Source: Candidatus Latescibacterota bacterium (GTDB lineage Bacteria > Latescibacterota > UBA2968). Taken from it: a DNA stretch of 64,000 nucleotides. The translations under genes and the position numbers were made by a program. The stretch is from the NCBI GenBank assembly GCA_965204375.1, contig OZ241986.1, forward strand, positions 1,984,001 to 2,048,000, written 5' to 3'. Under the pieces are notes generated by a model that was given only the letters and a program-made list of their open reading frames with translations, searched no databases and was not told where the DNA came from. This document shows positions 50,767-60,186 of the stretch, piece by piece (position 1 is the first letter of the stretch; every line of letters starts with the position of its first letter).

Positions 50767-51396
50767 ATGCCCAGAAAACGACTCACACAGGCCGAACGGC
50801 GCACCCAAATTATCGAAGTGGCAATGACGCTTTTCGCCACCAAGGGATTTACCGGTACCACCACGCGTGCCATTGCCCGTGCGGCAGATGTTTCGGAAGC
50901 CATTATCTTCAGGCATTTTGCGACCAAAGAAGACCTCTACAATGCCATTATCACATACACGGTTGAAAAACGCTCAGAACAGTGGGATCAAGACACAATC
51001 CCTCCGCCAGACCCGTGCAACATCGAACACCTCTTGCGCGATTTTGCCCAGACATTTGTCAATCGCAATCGCAGAGATCCGATATTCATACGCCTGATGA
51101 TGTACAGCGCACTCGAAGATCACAAATTTCGAGAAAAATTTTTCGCAATTTACAGCAATCCCCACATGCGATCCATTCGCCAGGCCATTCAAACCGGTGT
51201 CGATCAGAGCCTGTTTTGCGCGGTTGACCCGGCTGCATCGCTTCGCTCTTTCTTCTTTGCACTCCTGCAATACTGCATCAGCCGTTTTGTTGCCAGAAAT
51301 GAAACCGATACGCCAGAACGCGATGACGACACCATGATTGAAAATCTCGTGACAATTTTTGTGCGCGGACTGCGAATAGATAATCACAAAAGCTAA
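50767..51396 (+). CDS. TetR/AcrR-family regulator
   Basis: LFATKGFTGTTTRAIARAADVSEAIIFRHFATKEDL HTH. Confidence 0.93.
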   Translation: MPRKRLTQAERRTQIIEVAMTLFATKGFTGTTTRAIARAADVSEAIIFRHFATKEDLYNAIITYTVEKRSEQWDQDTIPPPDPCNIEHLLRDFAQTFVNRNRRDPIFIRLMMYSALEDHKFREKFFAIYSNPHMRSIRQAIQTGVDQSLFCAVDPAASLRSFFFALLQYCISRFVARNETDTPERDDDTMIENLVTIFVRGLRIDNHKS

Positions 51397-51403
51397 TCCT
51401 CTC

Positions 51404-52759
51404 ATGATCGATTTACGCTTTCTCGAAGAAGGCAAAGCAATCCGGGATCCCATTTGGGGCTATATCCATATACCGCCCGATTTTTTACCCATTGTTGATG
51501 CCGAAGAATTTCAACGCCTGCGCGATATATCACAACTCGGACACGTCTTGCTCGTGTATCCTGGAGCCCGCCACTCGCGTTTTGAACACACTTTGGGTGT
51601 GTTTCACATTGCGGGTCATTTCCTCAAGCAATTGCTCAAAACCCAGCCCCCTCCAGATATTGATATCGACGACGTGCGCGTACTTCTCGCGGCGAGTTTG
51701 TTGCACGACATCGGCCATTATCCCTTTTCGCATCTGCTCGAAGAAATGCAGATGTTTTTTATTGACCATGAAACGCGGGGGCGCTACATCATTGAAGATC
51801 CGAGTACAGAAGTCCACGCCGCACTTCTCAAAGTGGGTATTGATCCCCAGCGCGTTGCAAATGTCATCGATTATCAGCAACGCACCATTCCCGACCGCGA
51901 TATGCGCCTTGCCCACATTCTCAGCGGTACACTCGATCCCGACAAAATTGACTATCTTCTGCGCGACGCGCGCTACTGCGGTGTCCCATTTGGTGAGAGC
52001 GTGAATAGAGACCGACTCCTATCCTCAATTACATACCACCACACGACACAGCGACCAGCCATCACTTACAAAGGCGTATCTGCGGCTGAAGCACTCATCT
52101 TTACCAGTTATCTGATGTATCGCAATGTTTATTGGCACCACGCGGTTCGCTCAGCCAATGCCATGTTCAAGCGCGGGATACAGGACCTTTTGGCGCATCC
52201 CAACTGTTCGCTGACGGAAAATGATTTTGACCGCGCCACCGAATCTGACCTGCTTCACCGTCTCGAAAAAGAACACACCGAACTCGGGATCTCCTATCGA
52301 ACCAGCCTGATTGGCCGTCTCAAAAGACGCAAACTCTTCAAAGTTGCCCGCATATTCTTTCCCCATGAATACGCGCACAACCTCATAAATCTATTTCGTC
52401 GCCTCTATGACGCACCCGACCAGCGGCGAGAACTTGAGATGGCCTTTTGTACCCACCTTTCCTCAAAGCACAATCTCAACCTCTGCGGCGATGAAATACT
52501 CCTCGACATTCTCCAATTTGACAAAAGTCCCGAAGTAGACCTCAAAGTCTTTTTTGACGCCCACATCCCCGTAGAAAAAACAGAACCCTTGAGCTTTGAC
52601 GACCCGGAAGTCTCTTTGCTCAAAAATTATCTGATCGACAATTTTGAAGCACAGGCCAAAGTAGTGCGTATTTTCTGCGACGATATTCCCAATTTGCGCC
52701 AGGCCGTGCGCGATGAAGCCTTCGCTTTCCTGAAACACTGGGGCATAGTCAGGACTTGA
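51404..52759 (+). CDS. HD-domain phosphohydrolase (SAMHD1/YwfO-like dNTP triphosphohydrolase family)
   Basis: RDPIWG, FQRLRDISQLG, HSRFEH, LHDIGHYPFSH, DKIDYLLRD and MYRNVYWH motifs. Confidence 0.88.
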   Translation: MIDLRFLEEGKAIRDPIWGYIHIPPDFLPIVDAEEFQRLRDISQLGHVLLVYPGARHSRFEHTLGVFHIAGHFLKQLLKTQPPPDIDIDDVRVLLAASLLHDIGHYPFSHLLEEMQMFFIDHETRGRYIIEDPSTEVHAALLKVGIDPQRVANVIDYQQRTIPDRDMRLAHILSGTLDPDKIDYLLRDARYCGVPFGESVNRDRLLSSITYHHTTQRPAITYKGVSAAEALIFTSYLMYRNVYWHHAVRSANAMFKRGIQDLLAHPNCSLTENDFDRATESDLLHRLEKEHTELGISYRTSLIGRLKRRKLFKVARIFFPHEYAHNLINLFRRLYDAPDQRRELEMAFCTHLSSKHNLNLCGDEILLDILQFDKSPEVDLKVFFDAHIPVEKTEPLSFDDPEVSLLKNYLIDNFEAQAKVVRIFCDDIPNLRQAVRDEAFAFLKHWGIVRT

Positions 52760-52882
52760 TAAAATGAGTAAAAAGTTATATATTGCTCACTTCTAAATGT
52801 AGATTTACATGGATTTATTGAAAGTTCTATATTCTCCCTCAGCCATAGATAAGTCACTCTCACCTTTACCTGGATTTAGTGT

Positions 52883-53809
52883 ATGAAAAAATATCTGACT
52901 TTAATGTTTATCTCCCACAATGAAGGTTATATCAAAGAATACCACCTCTCACGACCCAAATTTATCGGCATTATAAGTGCATTATGCCTGCTCCTATTGC
53001 TCTCACTCGGCTATGTCGCCACAATTGGCAAAAGGGAAAGACTCGCCGAACTCAAGGAGGAAAATACGGCACTCCAACGCGAATTTGTCTTAATTCAAGA
53101 AGAATTGGAAAACATGCGCCACAACATGGACCAGCTACAGGAAAAAGATCGCATCATGCGCGCCTGGGTTGACCTGTCCGAACCGAGTGACGAAGTCCGT
53201 CAAATAGGTGTGGGGGGTGGAGATGCCATACTGCCAGAATGGGAAAATGCCGTTTCAGGCGACGTCTCAGACCTTCTGACTGATAACCGCATCAATATGG
53301 ATCAACTCTTGCGAGAAGCGCACTTTTTGAAAACCAGTTTTGATACGATTTTGGCAGTGCTCAGCAAAGACATCCAAATGCGCCAGCACATACCTTCAAT
53401 TACCCCCGTACGGATGGAAAACCCGAGAATATCATCGGGATTTGGCCTCCGTCGCGATCCCTTCACCGGGCGCAGACAATTTCACTTTGGTATCGATTAT
53501 CCTGGTCGCAGGGGCACACCCATTATCGCCGCAGCCGATGGGAAAATAGATAAAATTAACTATAACAATCGTTTGGGATGGTATGTGATTATCGACCACG
53601 GCTATGGCTTACAAACGCTATACGGTCACCTCAATAGCAGGCCGTCTGGCAAGCAGGGTGATCGCGTCAAACGCGGTGAAAAGATTGGAGAAATGGGCAG
53701 AACAGGACGCTCAACAGCCCCTCATCTCCACTATTCAGTCATCAAACATGGCGAATACGAAAATCCCAAACACTACATCTTTGATCAAAAAACACGCTCT
53801 TTGTTTTAG
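52883..53809 (+). CDS. M23-family peptidoglycan endopeptidase
   Basis: TM and coiled coil, SSGFGLRRDPF, HFGID and STAPHLHY. Confidence 0.9.
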   Translation: MKKYLTLMFISHNEGYIKEYHLSRPKFIGIISALCLLLLLSLGYVATIGKRERLAELKEENTALQREFVLIQEELENMRHNMDQLQEKDRIMRAWVDLSEPSDEVRQIGVGGGDAILPEWENAVSGDVSDLLTDNRINMDQLLREAHFLKTSFDTILAVLSKDIQMRQHIPSITPVRMENPRISSGFGLRRDPFTGRRQFHFGIDYPGRRGTPIIAAADGKIDKINYNNRLGWYVIIDHGYGLQTLYGHLNSRPSGKQGDRVKRGEKIGEMGRTGRSTAPHLHYSVIKHGEYENPKHYIFDQKTRSLF

Positions 53810-53827
53810 CGAATCAGAGGATAAACT

Positions 53828-55138
53828 ATGAGTTCCAGTACACTTTCCGTTTACAGTTCGCTATTTGTCGCAACGGTCTGGTCTGGACATCCCGTCGGAT
53901 TTGATCTGTTGACCCACGGTGATGTGCAATTTATCGCGTTTTACAATGCCGAACGCAAAATGACTGTCGGAATGCGAAAGTTAAATGAAGATACATGGAT
54001 CTTTGCACATCCAGAAGGTGTATGGCTGGAAAATCGGGGGCGACTCTCTTCGGAAATCGGATGGGACAGTCACAATTCGCTAACCATGGCCATCGACGAC
54101 GATGGCCATATTCATTTGTGCGGCAATATGCATGTGGATCCCTTAATTTATTTTCGCACAACGCGCCCGCTTGATGTGACGGGTTTTGAACGCATAGACT
54201 TTATGGTCGGCAAAAATGAGGAACGCTGCACCTACCCCGTGTTTATGCGCGGTCTCAATAATGAATTGATTTTTCGTTTTCGAGATGGTAAAAGCGGTAA
54301 TGGGGTTGATTTTTACAATGTGTATGATGTCCAGACAAAAACCTGGCACCGGATGCACAGTACACCACTGCTCAATGGCCTCGACCGCATGAATGCGTAC
54401 GCGCGCATGCCCGAAAAAGGACCTGACGGAAATTATCACATGGTCTGGATCTGGCGCAATACACCCGATTGCGCGACCAATCACAGTATTTCTTATGCCT
54501 GTAGTCCAGACCTCATGTCCTGGAAAACAGGCAGCGGCGCAGCATTGGATTTACCAATTACAATAGAAAGCGGTGCCACCGTTGATCCCGTCCCCCCAGG
54601 AGGTGGATTGATCAATATGACGCAATCACTGGGTTTTGACGACCAGAAACGTGCCGTGATCAGCTATCACAAACACGACGAAAATGGATACACACAGGCC
54701 TATTGTGCGCGTTTGGAAAATGGCAAATGGGTATTTTACAAGGTGAGCAATTGGACCTATCGGTGGGAGTTTGGGGGCGGTGGCTCTATCGGTGCAGAAA
54801 TTCGATTGGGCGGTGTCAAGCCAGAGGCCGATGGCGGTCTCAGCATGAGTTACTGGCATATAAAAGAAGGCCAGGGGATCTGGAAATTGCACCCCCAAAC
54901 CCTGCAAGTGATCGGGACATACCCACCGCCGGATAACGAGATTCCCGATGAATTGGAACAGGTGACATCTGATTATCCGGGCATGACTGTCAACTTGAGC
55001 GGTGCTCGAGGCGAGGGAATACGCCACGAAGAGCAATACGTCTTGCGCTGGGAAACACTGGATCGCAACCGCGACAGACCCAGAGAAAAAATTCCACCAC
55101 CGAGTGAATTGATACTCTATATCCTTCATAGACAATAA
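53828..55138 (+). CDS. BNR_4-type beta-propeller protein (lyase/sialidase-like fold)
   Basis: WDSHN, GNMH, TYPVF, FRDGKSGNG and YACSPDLMSW motifs. Confidence 0.72.
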   Translation: MSSSTLSVYSSLFVATVWSGHPVGFDLLTHGDVQFIAFYNAERKMTVGMRKLNEDTWIFAHPEGVWLENRGRLSSEIGWDSHNSLTMAIDDDGHIHLCGNMHVDPLIYFRTTRPLDVTGFERIDFMVGKNEERCTYPVFMRGLNNELIFRFRDGKSGNGVDFYNVYDVQTKTWHRMHSTPLLNGLDRMNAYARMPEKGPDGNYHMVWIWRNTPDCATNHSISYACSPDLMSWKTGSGAALDLPITIESGATVDPVPPGGGLINMTQSLGFDDQKRAVISYHKHDENGYTQAYCARLENGKWVFYKVSNWTYRWEFGGGGSIGAEIRLGGVKPEADGGLSMSYWHIKEGQGIWKLHPQTLQVIGTYPPPDNEIPDELEQVTSDYPGMTVNLSGARGEGIRHEEQYVLRWETLDRNRDRPREKIPPPSELILYILHRQ

Positions 55139-55175
55139 AAAAAGCCCCCCGATGAGTACATCACCGGGGGGCTTT
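55137..55175 (+). terminator. GC-rich terminator-like hairpin
   Basis: AAAGCCCCCC-GATGAGTACATCACC-GGGGGGCTTT. Confidence 0.6.
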
Positions 55176-55364
55176 GGGGGTGCGTTCATTTTTTACGTTA
55201 TATTCCCTTTTGGCGTAAAATCTGGACTTTGATTCCATAATTTACGCCAAATTTTGGAGTAAACGACCAAATTTTACGCCAATAATATACAACGAGACAT
55301 TATTAGCACCTGATTTTTAAACTCAAATACCGAAAAAAATAGTTGAGATTCTGAGATGATATTA

Positions 55365-55400
55365 CCCGCTATTGCACGATAGCAATGGCGGGATTTTTTG
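55365..55400 (+). terminator. Terminator-like hairpin upstream of the DHDPS-family gene
   Basis: CCCGCTATTGC-ACGATA-GCAATGGCGGG followed by a T-run. Confidence 0.5.
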
Positions 55401-55482
55401 TTTGGAGATGGGATTTCATAACTTATTTTTGTCTGTGAGTATATTGTTCCGCAATCATGTTCGCATAAAACAAGGAGACAAC

Positions 55483-56445
55483 ATGAGTTCTGATACATTT
55501 CGCGGGGTCTTCACCATTCCGTCAACGCCGTTTAAGCAAAATGGAGATGTCGATTGGGGCGATCTCAAGCGCGTGCTGGATTTTTGTATCACCTGTGGCG
55601 CGCACGGAATTGTCTGGCCCGTAAATGCCAGCAGTTTTCCCGTATTGACCGACCAAGAACGCATGCACGGTATGCTGATGGTCGTAGAACACATCGCTGG
55701 ACGCATACCAGCAATTCTCGGCGTTCAGGGGGCGAGTGGTCATCACGCTGCGATGTTCGCACGTCACGCGCGGGCATTGGAAGCCGATGGCGTCATCGCA
55801 ATGGCTCCTTATGTGGAACCAATTGAGGACGAAGATACAATGGTACACTATTACCAGGCGATAGACCGCGAAGTGAACATGCCAATTTTTGTACAAAATC
55901 ACCTGAGGGGCAGCGAGTTGTCAATCGCCACCGTGGTGCGCTTGATCAACGAAGTAGAACACATAGAATACGTCAAAGAAGAGGTTTTCCCCCCAACGCA
56001 CATGATTACGGGCTTAATCGAACAGGCCGGGCCAAAATTGAAGGGCGTATTTGGCGGAGCCAGTGGCCGCTATTTGTTGCTCGAACATCCGCGCGGCGTA
56101 GCCGGACAAATGCCGGGCTGTCACATAACAGATGTCGTGGTGCGCCTGTGGAATGCCCTGGAAGCTGGAGATTTGAAAGAGGCAAAACGGGTATATGGCA
56201 TCATGGCTCCCCTATTCGCGCTCGAAACATTAAAAGGCACGAATTATCCCGAAATACTGCGTCGCCGCCAGGTAATCAAAAGTTCGCGCAGCCGTTTGAC
56301 AACCCGTTTCCCCACTCAAGATGCGTACGATCACGAAGCCCTTGACGATATTTTGCGGGACCTGGAGCCGCTATTTACATGGAACGAAAAACCGCTGATA
56401 TATGGTCCCCCTGAATGGCTTAAGCTCAATGATCGAACGGGTTAA
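55483..56445 (+). CDS. Dihydrodipicolinate synthase/N-acetylneuraminate lyase family aldolase
   Basis: TPF..NGDVD, GVIAMAP and Schiff-base K in YVKEE. AGGAG RBS before ATG 55483. Confidence 0.85.
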   Translation: MSSDTFRGVFTIPSTPFKQNGDVDWGDLKRVLDFCITCGAHGIVWPVNASSFPVLTDQERMHGMLMVVEHIAGRIPAILGVQGASGHHAAMFARHARALEADGVIAMAPYVEPIEDEDTMVHYYQAIDREVNMPIFVQNHLRGSELSIATVVRLINEVEHIEYVKEEVFPPTHMITGLIEQAGPKLKGVFGGASGRYLLLEHPRGVAGQMPGCHITDVVVRLWNALEAGDLKEAKRVYGIMAPLFALETLKGTNYPEILRRRQVIKSSRSRLTTRFPTQDAYDHEALDDILRDLEPLFTWNEKPLIYGPPEWLKLNDRTG

Positions 56446-56481
56446 ACCGTCCTTTGTAAATAATCACTCAATCTGCAATTT

Positions 56482-58932
56482 GTGATACGGAACATGTACC
56501 TGAGATCATTGTCTCACTTGACAGTTTATTTTTTTATCCTTTGGGGATCCATTTCATCCAGCATTGCTCAGGAAGTCTCGTTAGTGTCTCAGGACACGAC
56601 GGCTGCTGGCCGTTGGAGCCTTATAGCTGGCACCGCTTTTTTGAACGCTGGTGAACTGCCCTACATAGACCGGGAAGGCGGCATGTGGTGGGGACACCAA
56701 GACAATGTTTTTGTGCTGAGACAAAACCAATTATCACAAATAACTGTGGGATGGCCTGTGGATGCGATGGTGCAAGATTCAACGGGGGCCATGTGGTTTT
56801 TTGGACATCACAGAGATTCGCTCATTGCAGCGCGCTACGACGGTGCGATACGGGAGATAACGAGAACAAAGTTAAAGTGGAATTTAATTATGGGTCCCCC
56901 GGCAGTTATAGATGGCAACGGGCGATTTTGGATGCGTGCTCAACCTTTATATAAACGCTATGAACGCAGAGCAGATGGCACTTATATCGGTTACGGCATC
57001 TTTGAGTATTCCAATAACCGCTGGTTTCACCACACAATTGAAACAGGACTCAAGAACGACCGTATTTACGACCTTGCAGTCGATCAAAAAGGCCACCTCT
57101 GGGCTGCAACTTACAGAAGTGCCAGCCAATACCGAGATGGGCAATGGCACAATTTTGATCATACAGACGGTTTGAGCAATCGGAAAGTGTATCGAGTTGT
57201 AGTGGGAAAAAATGGCGACATCTGGTGTACGCATGGCAACTGGAAAAATATTTCTGTTTTTAATGGTGATAAATGGCGCGTGAACAACACGGACACTGGT
57301 ATGCCCGTTGAGAAAGTACGGGCAGCACTTTGTGCGCGAGATGGCACCTTCTGGTTTGGTGTACACTATCACGATATTACAGATCCAGAACAAAGCGGTC
57401 TGGTTCGCTTTGACGGACAATCGTGGCTTGTGTTGACGGAGAGGGATGGATTACCGGGCAATCACGTTCTGGAAATTTCTGAACTGGTGGACGGAAAGCT
57501 ATTATTGCAGATTCGAAAACCAACATCGACGGTATTTGAGTCAGACACAACGCCGTTGCAAATTTCCAATCAATCACTTGTGATATTTGAACCCGATACA
57601 ACGCAATGGGCGCGTGTTTCGGGATATATTGAAAATCGGGATGGAACAGCTATAGATCACATTGTAGTATCTCTCACAACACCCGGAAGGCATGTAAAAG
57701 CGAGTACTGTGACCAATGATCAAGGTTTTTACGAAATGAGGGTCTTGCCCGGCAAATACAGGGTTCAAGTGCCAGATGCCTGGGGTGGTACACGCGACAT
57801 AGTCGTAGCCCCTGGCGAGACTGTCAGTGGCGTGGATATTCGTCCCTTTTGGTTTCCCGATTCGGAAACGCGCAATACCATTTTCGGACTTATTTTTTTC
57901 TTTTTTATATTTATGGTGCTCGTCGGTTTGCTCTATATCGTCATCCGAGCATTCGCCGTGCAACCGCTCAAAGTGCCCGAACTGAGTGAAGTACACAACC
58001 CCCTCCGTCTTCATTTTCACGGAAATGGAAGTAGCTTGTTCGGCATTTTTGTAATCAATGTATTGCTCACGCTCCTCACGCTCGGAGTGTATTATTTTTG
58101 GGGCAAGGCAAAAATTCGGCGTTACATGCACAGCCAAACGGAATTGCACAACAGCCGATTCTCAAACCACACCACCGGCGGCGAACTCTGCATTGGCTGG
58201 ATTAAAGCCATTATTTTAATCGTCACAATTGTATTGATCTCGGAAATACCCTCGTTTTTCTGGGAAGACATGACGCACGAGTGGATCACCCTGCTCGCGT
58301 TTTACGGACTTCTGCTTTTTGTATTTTTGCCACTGGCCATTGTGGGGTCTCTGCGCTTCAGACTCAGCCGAACTTCCTATCGAGGCATTCGTTTTTCCTT
58401 CAGGGGCAACAGTAAAACATTTTTCAAAATCTATTATATCGGGCTGTTAAAAACAATATTCACCCTGGGGCTATACTACCCCTATTTTGAAACGAAGATT
58501 CGCCTATTCCTGACCAGGAACGTGCGTTTTGGCACAGGGCGTTTTAAGTTTTTCGGCACTGGGCGCAAGCTATTCTGGTATTTTGTGCTAAATTTGTTAC
58601 TCACGCCTTTTACACTGGGCCTGTGCTGGTATTGGTACTCAGCACTCAAGACACGCTACTATTGGTCTTGCACCACATTCGAAGGCATTTCATTTCACTC
58701 GACTGTTGTTGGCAGTCGCCTTCTGTTCCTAAAAGTCGAAAATTTTATATTACTCGCCATTTCCCTCGGGTTGGCGTGGCCCTGGGTTGCGGTCCGCAAT
58801 AACAGATTTTCGTGCGACTATCTCGTTTTGTCCGACCAACCGGATTTTTCCAGTATTACCCAGAACTTTTCGGATGCCGGAGCAACGGGTGAAGGCTTGA
58901 GCGATTATCTGGATTTTGAATTTGAGTTTTAG
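56482..58932 (+). CDS. Fusion of a ligand-binding-type beta-propeller, a carboxypeptidase-regulatory-like Ig domain and a YjgN/DUF898 membrane domain
   Basis: Repeats DQKGHLWAAT, DGLSNRKV and DGLPGNHV; TNDQGFY...PGKYRV; C-terminal FHGNGSSLFGI..NVLLTLLTLGVYYFW...TSYRGIRFSF. Confidence 0.75.
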   Translation: MIRNMYLRSLSHLTVYFFILWGSISSSIAQEVSLVSQDTTAAGRWSLIAGTAFLNAGELPYIDREGGMWWGHQDNVFVLRQNQLSQITVGWPVDAMVQDSTGAMWFFGHHRDSLIAARYDGAIREITRTKLKWNLIMGPPAVIDGNGRFWMRAQPLYKRYERRADGTYIGYGIFEYSNNRWFHHTIETGLKNDRIYDLAVDQKGHLWAATYRSASQYRDGQWHNFDHTDGLSNRKVYRVVVGKNGDIWCTHGNWKNISVFNGDKWRVNNTDTGMPVEKVRAALCARDGTFWFGVHYHDITDPEQSGLVRFDGQSWLVLTERDGLPGNHVLEISELVDGKLLLQIRKPTSTVFESDTTPLQISNQSLVIFEPDTTQWARVSGYIENRDGTAIDHIVVSLTTPGRHVKASTVTNDQGFYEMRVLPGKYRVQVPDAWGGTRDIVVAPGETVSGVDIRPFWFPDSETRNTIFGLIFFFFIFMVLVGLLYIVIRAFAVQPLKVPELSEVHNPLRLHFHGNGSSLFGIFVINVLLTLLTLGVYYFWGKAKIRRYMHSQTELHNSRFSNHTTGGELCIGWIKAIILIVTIVLISEIPSFFWEDMTHEWITLLAFYGLLLFVFLPLAIVGSLRFRLSRTSYRGIRFSFRGNSKTFFKIYYIGLLKTIFTLGLYYPYFETKIRLFLTRNVRFGTGRFKFFGTGRKLFWYFVLNLLLTPFTLGLCWYWYSALKTRYYWSCTTFEGISFHSTVVGSRLLFLKVENFILLAISLGLAWPWVAVRNNRFSCDYLVLSDQPDFSSITQNFSDAGATGEGLSDYLDFEFEF

Positions 58933-58936
58933 ATCT

Positions 58937-60058
58937 ATGGTACGAGATACACACATCTGGCACGCGCACTTTTACGATGGGCAAACAGCACAGCCCCATA
59001 CCGTACAGATAGAAGTTTTGGCGAATGGCCTTGAGATAATATTTTCAGACCGCCCACCTGAAATCTGGACTTACGAAAGTTTTCGTCAGACCGAGGGATC
59101 TCACAGCGGAGAATTGGTCCGGTTTGAAAAGAGCGATACCTTTGGACAAGCACTGGTAATAGACGATGTGAAAATTCTGGAGGTCATTCGAGAACGCGAC
59201 CCCTCTTCGGGCTTTCACAACCCCAAGCTTCGCCGGTATCGAGTCCCTCTTGTCGGTTTTTCTCTCGTTTCTATTGTATTTATTATCTGGCTACTCTACG
59301 GCCATATACTACCCGTGTTCATCGATGGCATCGCACGCATTGCGCCCGTTGCATGGGAAGAATCACTTGGCCGATCCGTTGTCGCGTATATCGCCCCTAA
59401 AGAAAACCGCTGCCAGGATGCGATTTATACTGAGGTCTTTGATGAAATCGCTGCGCGTTTGACCGCACCGACCAATTTGCCCTATACATTCCGCGTTTAC
59501 GTCGTCAAGAACGCCCACGTAAATGCCTTCGCGCTTCCCGGTGGCTATATGGCAATTACAACTGGCTTTCTAAAGCGCGTAAAATCCGCTGAGCAAGTCG
59601 CCGGTATAATCGCACACGAGATGCAGCATGTCGTGCAAAGACACGGCACCCGAGCCGTCTTGCGAGAAATGTCCACGCGCACACTTATTGCAGCTATTTC
59701 CGGAGGTGGTGAAGGTCTGGACTACGTGCTTGACGGGGCCGCCCTGGCAGGTGCCCTGCGTTTTTCGAGAGACCACGAGTCCTCTGCTGATATCGAGGGC
59801 ATGAAAATGATTATAGATGCGAAAATCGACCCAAAAGGAATGGTCGAAGTATTTGAAATCCTGCTCGAAATAACGGGAGATCTGCCAGATGGTATGGTCT
59901 ATGTCTCAACCCATCCCTTAACAAAAAATCGCATTCGTTCACTGTCGCCCTATTTAGATTCCATGAAAGTCGATCCCATTCCAATCGTCTCCGACTCAAC
60001 CTGGGCGCGCTTCGCACAAGCAATTCGCGTGGGCCAGTGTAGGCGAATCAACGAATAG
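58937..60058 (+). CDS. M48-family zinc metallopeptidase
   Basis: VNAFALPGG, AHEMQH, FSRDHESSAD and STHP motifs. Confidence 0.9.
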   Translation: MVRDTHIWHAHFYDGQTAQPHTVQIEVLANGLEIIFSDRPPEIWTYESFRQTEGSHSGELVRFEKSDTFGQALVIDDVKILEVIRERDPSSGFHNPKLRRYRVPLVGFSLVSIVFIIWLLYGHILPVFIDGIARIAPVAWEESLGRSVVAYIAPKENRCQDAIYTEVFDEIAARLTAPTNLPYTFRVYVVKNAHVNAFALPGGYMAITTGFLKRVKSAEQVAGIIAHEMQHVVQRHGTRAVLREMSTRTLIAAISGGGEGLDYVLDGAALAGALRFSRDHESSADIEGMKMIIDAKIDPKGMVEVFEILLEITGDLPDGMVYVSTHPLTKNRIRSLSPYLDSMKVDPIPIVSDSTWARFAQAIRVGQCRRINE

Positions 60059-60065
60059 ACGGATT

Positions 60066-60166
60066 GGGATACAACTGCGCTGGCAACTCATCAACGGAGT
60101 GGTGTACAATCCGCGTCTATCCGCGTCATCTGTTTAAGAGATGTACAACTGCGACAGCAGTTCATC
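60066..60166 (+). repeat. Cluster of bulged-hairpin repeat units and ATCCGCGTC units
   Basis: Perfect minimal copy GATG-TAC-AACTGC-GACA-GCAGTT-CATC (60140-60166), degenerate copy 60066-60092, half copy GGTGTACAAT (60101), and two atccgcgtc units. Confidence 0.7.
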
Positions 60167-60186
60167 CGTGATCAAAGGAGAAAAAA

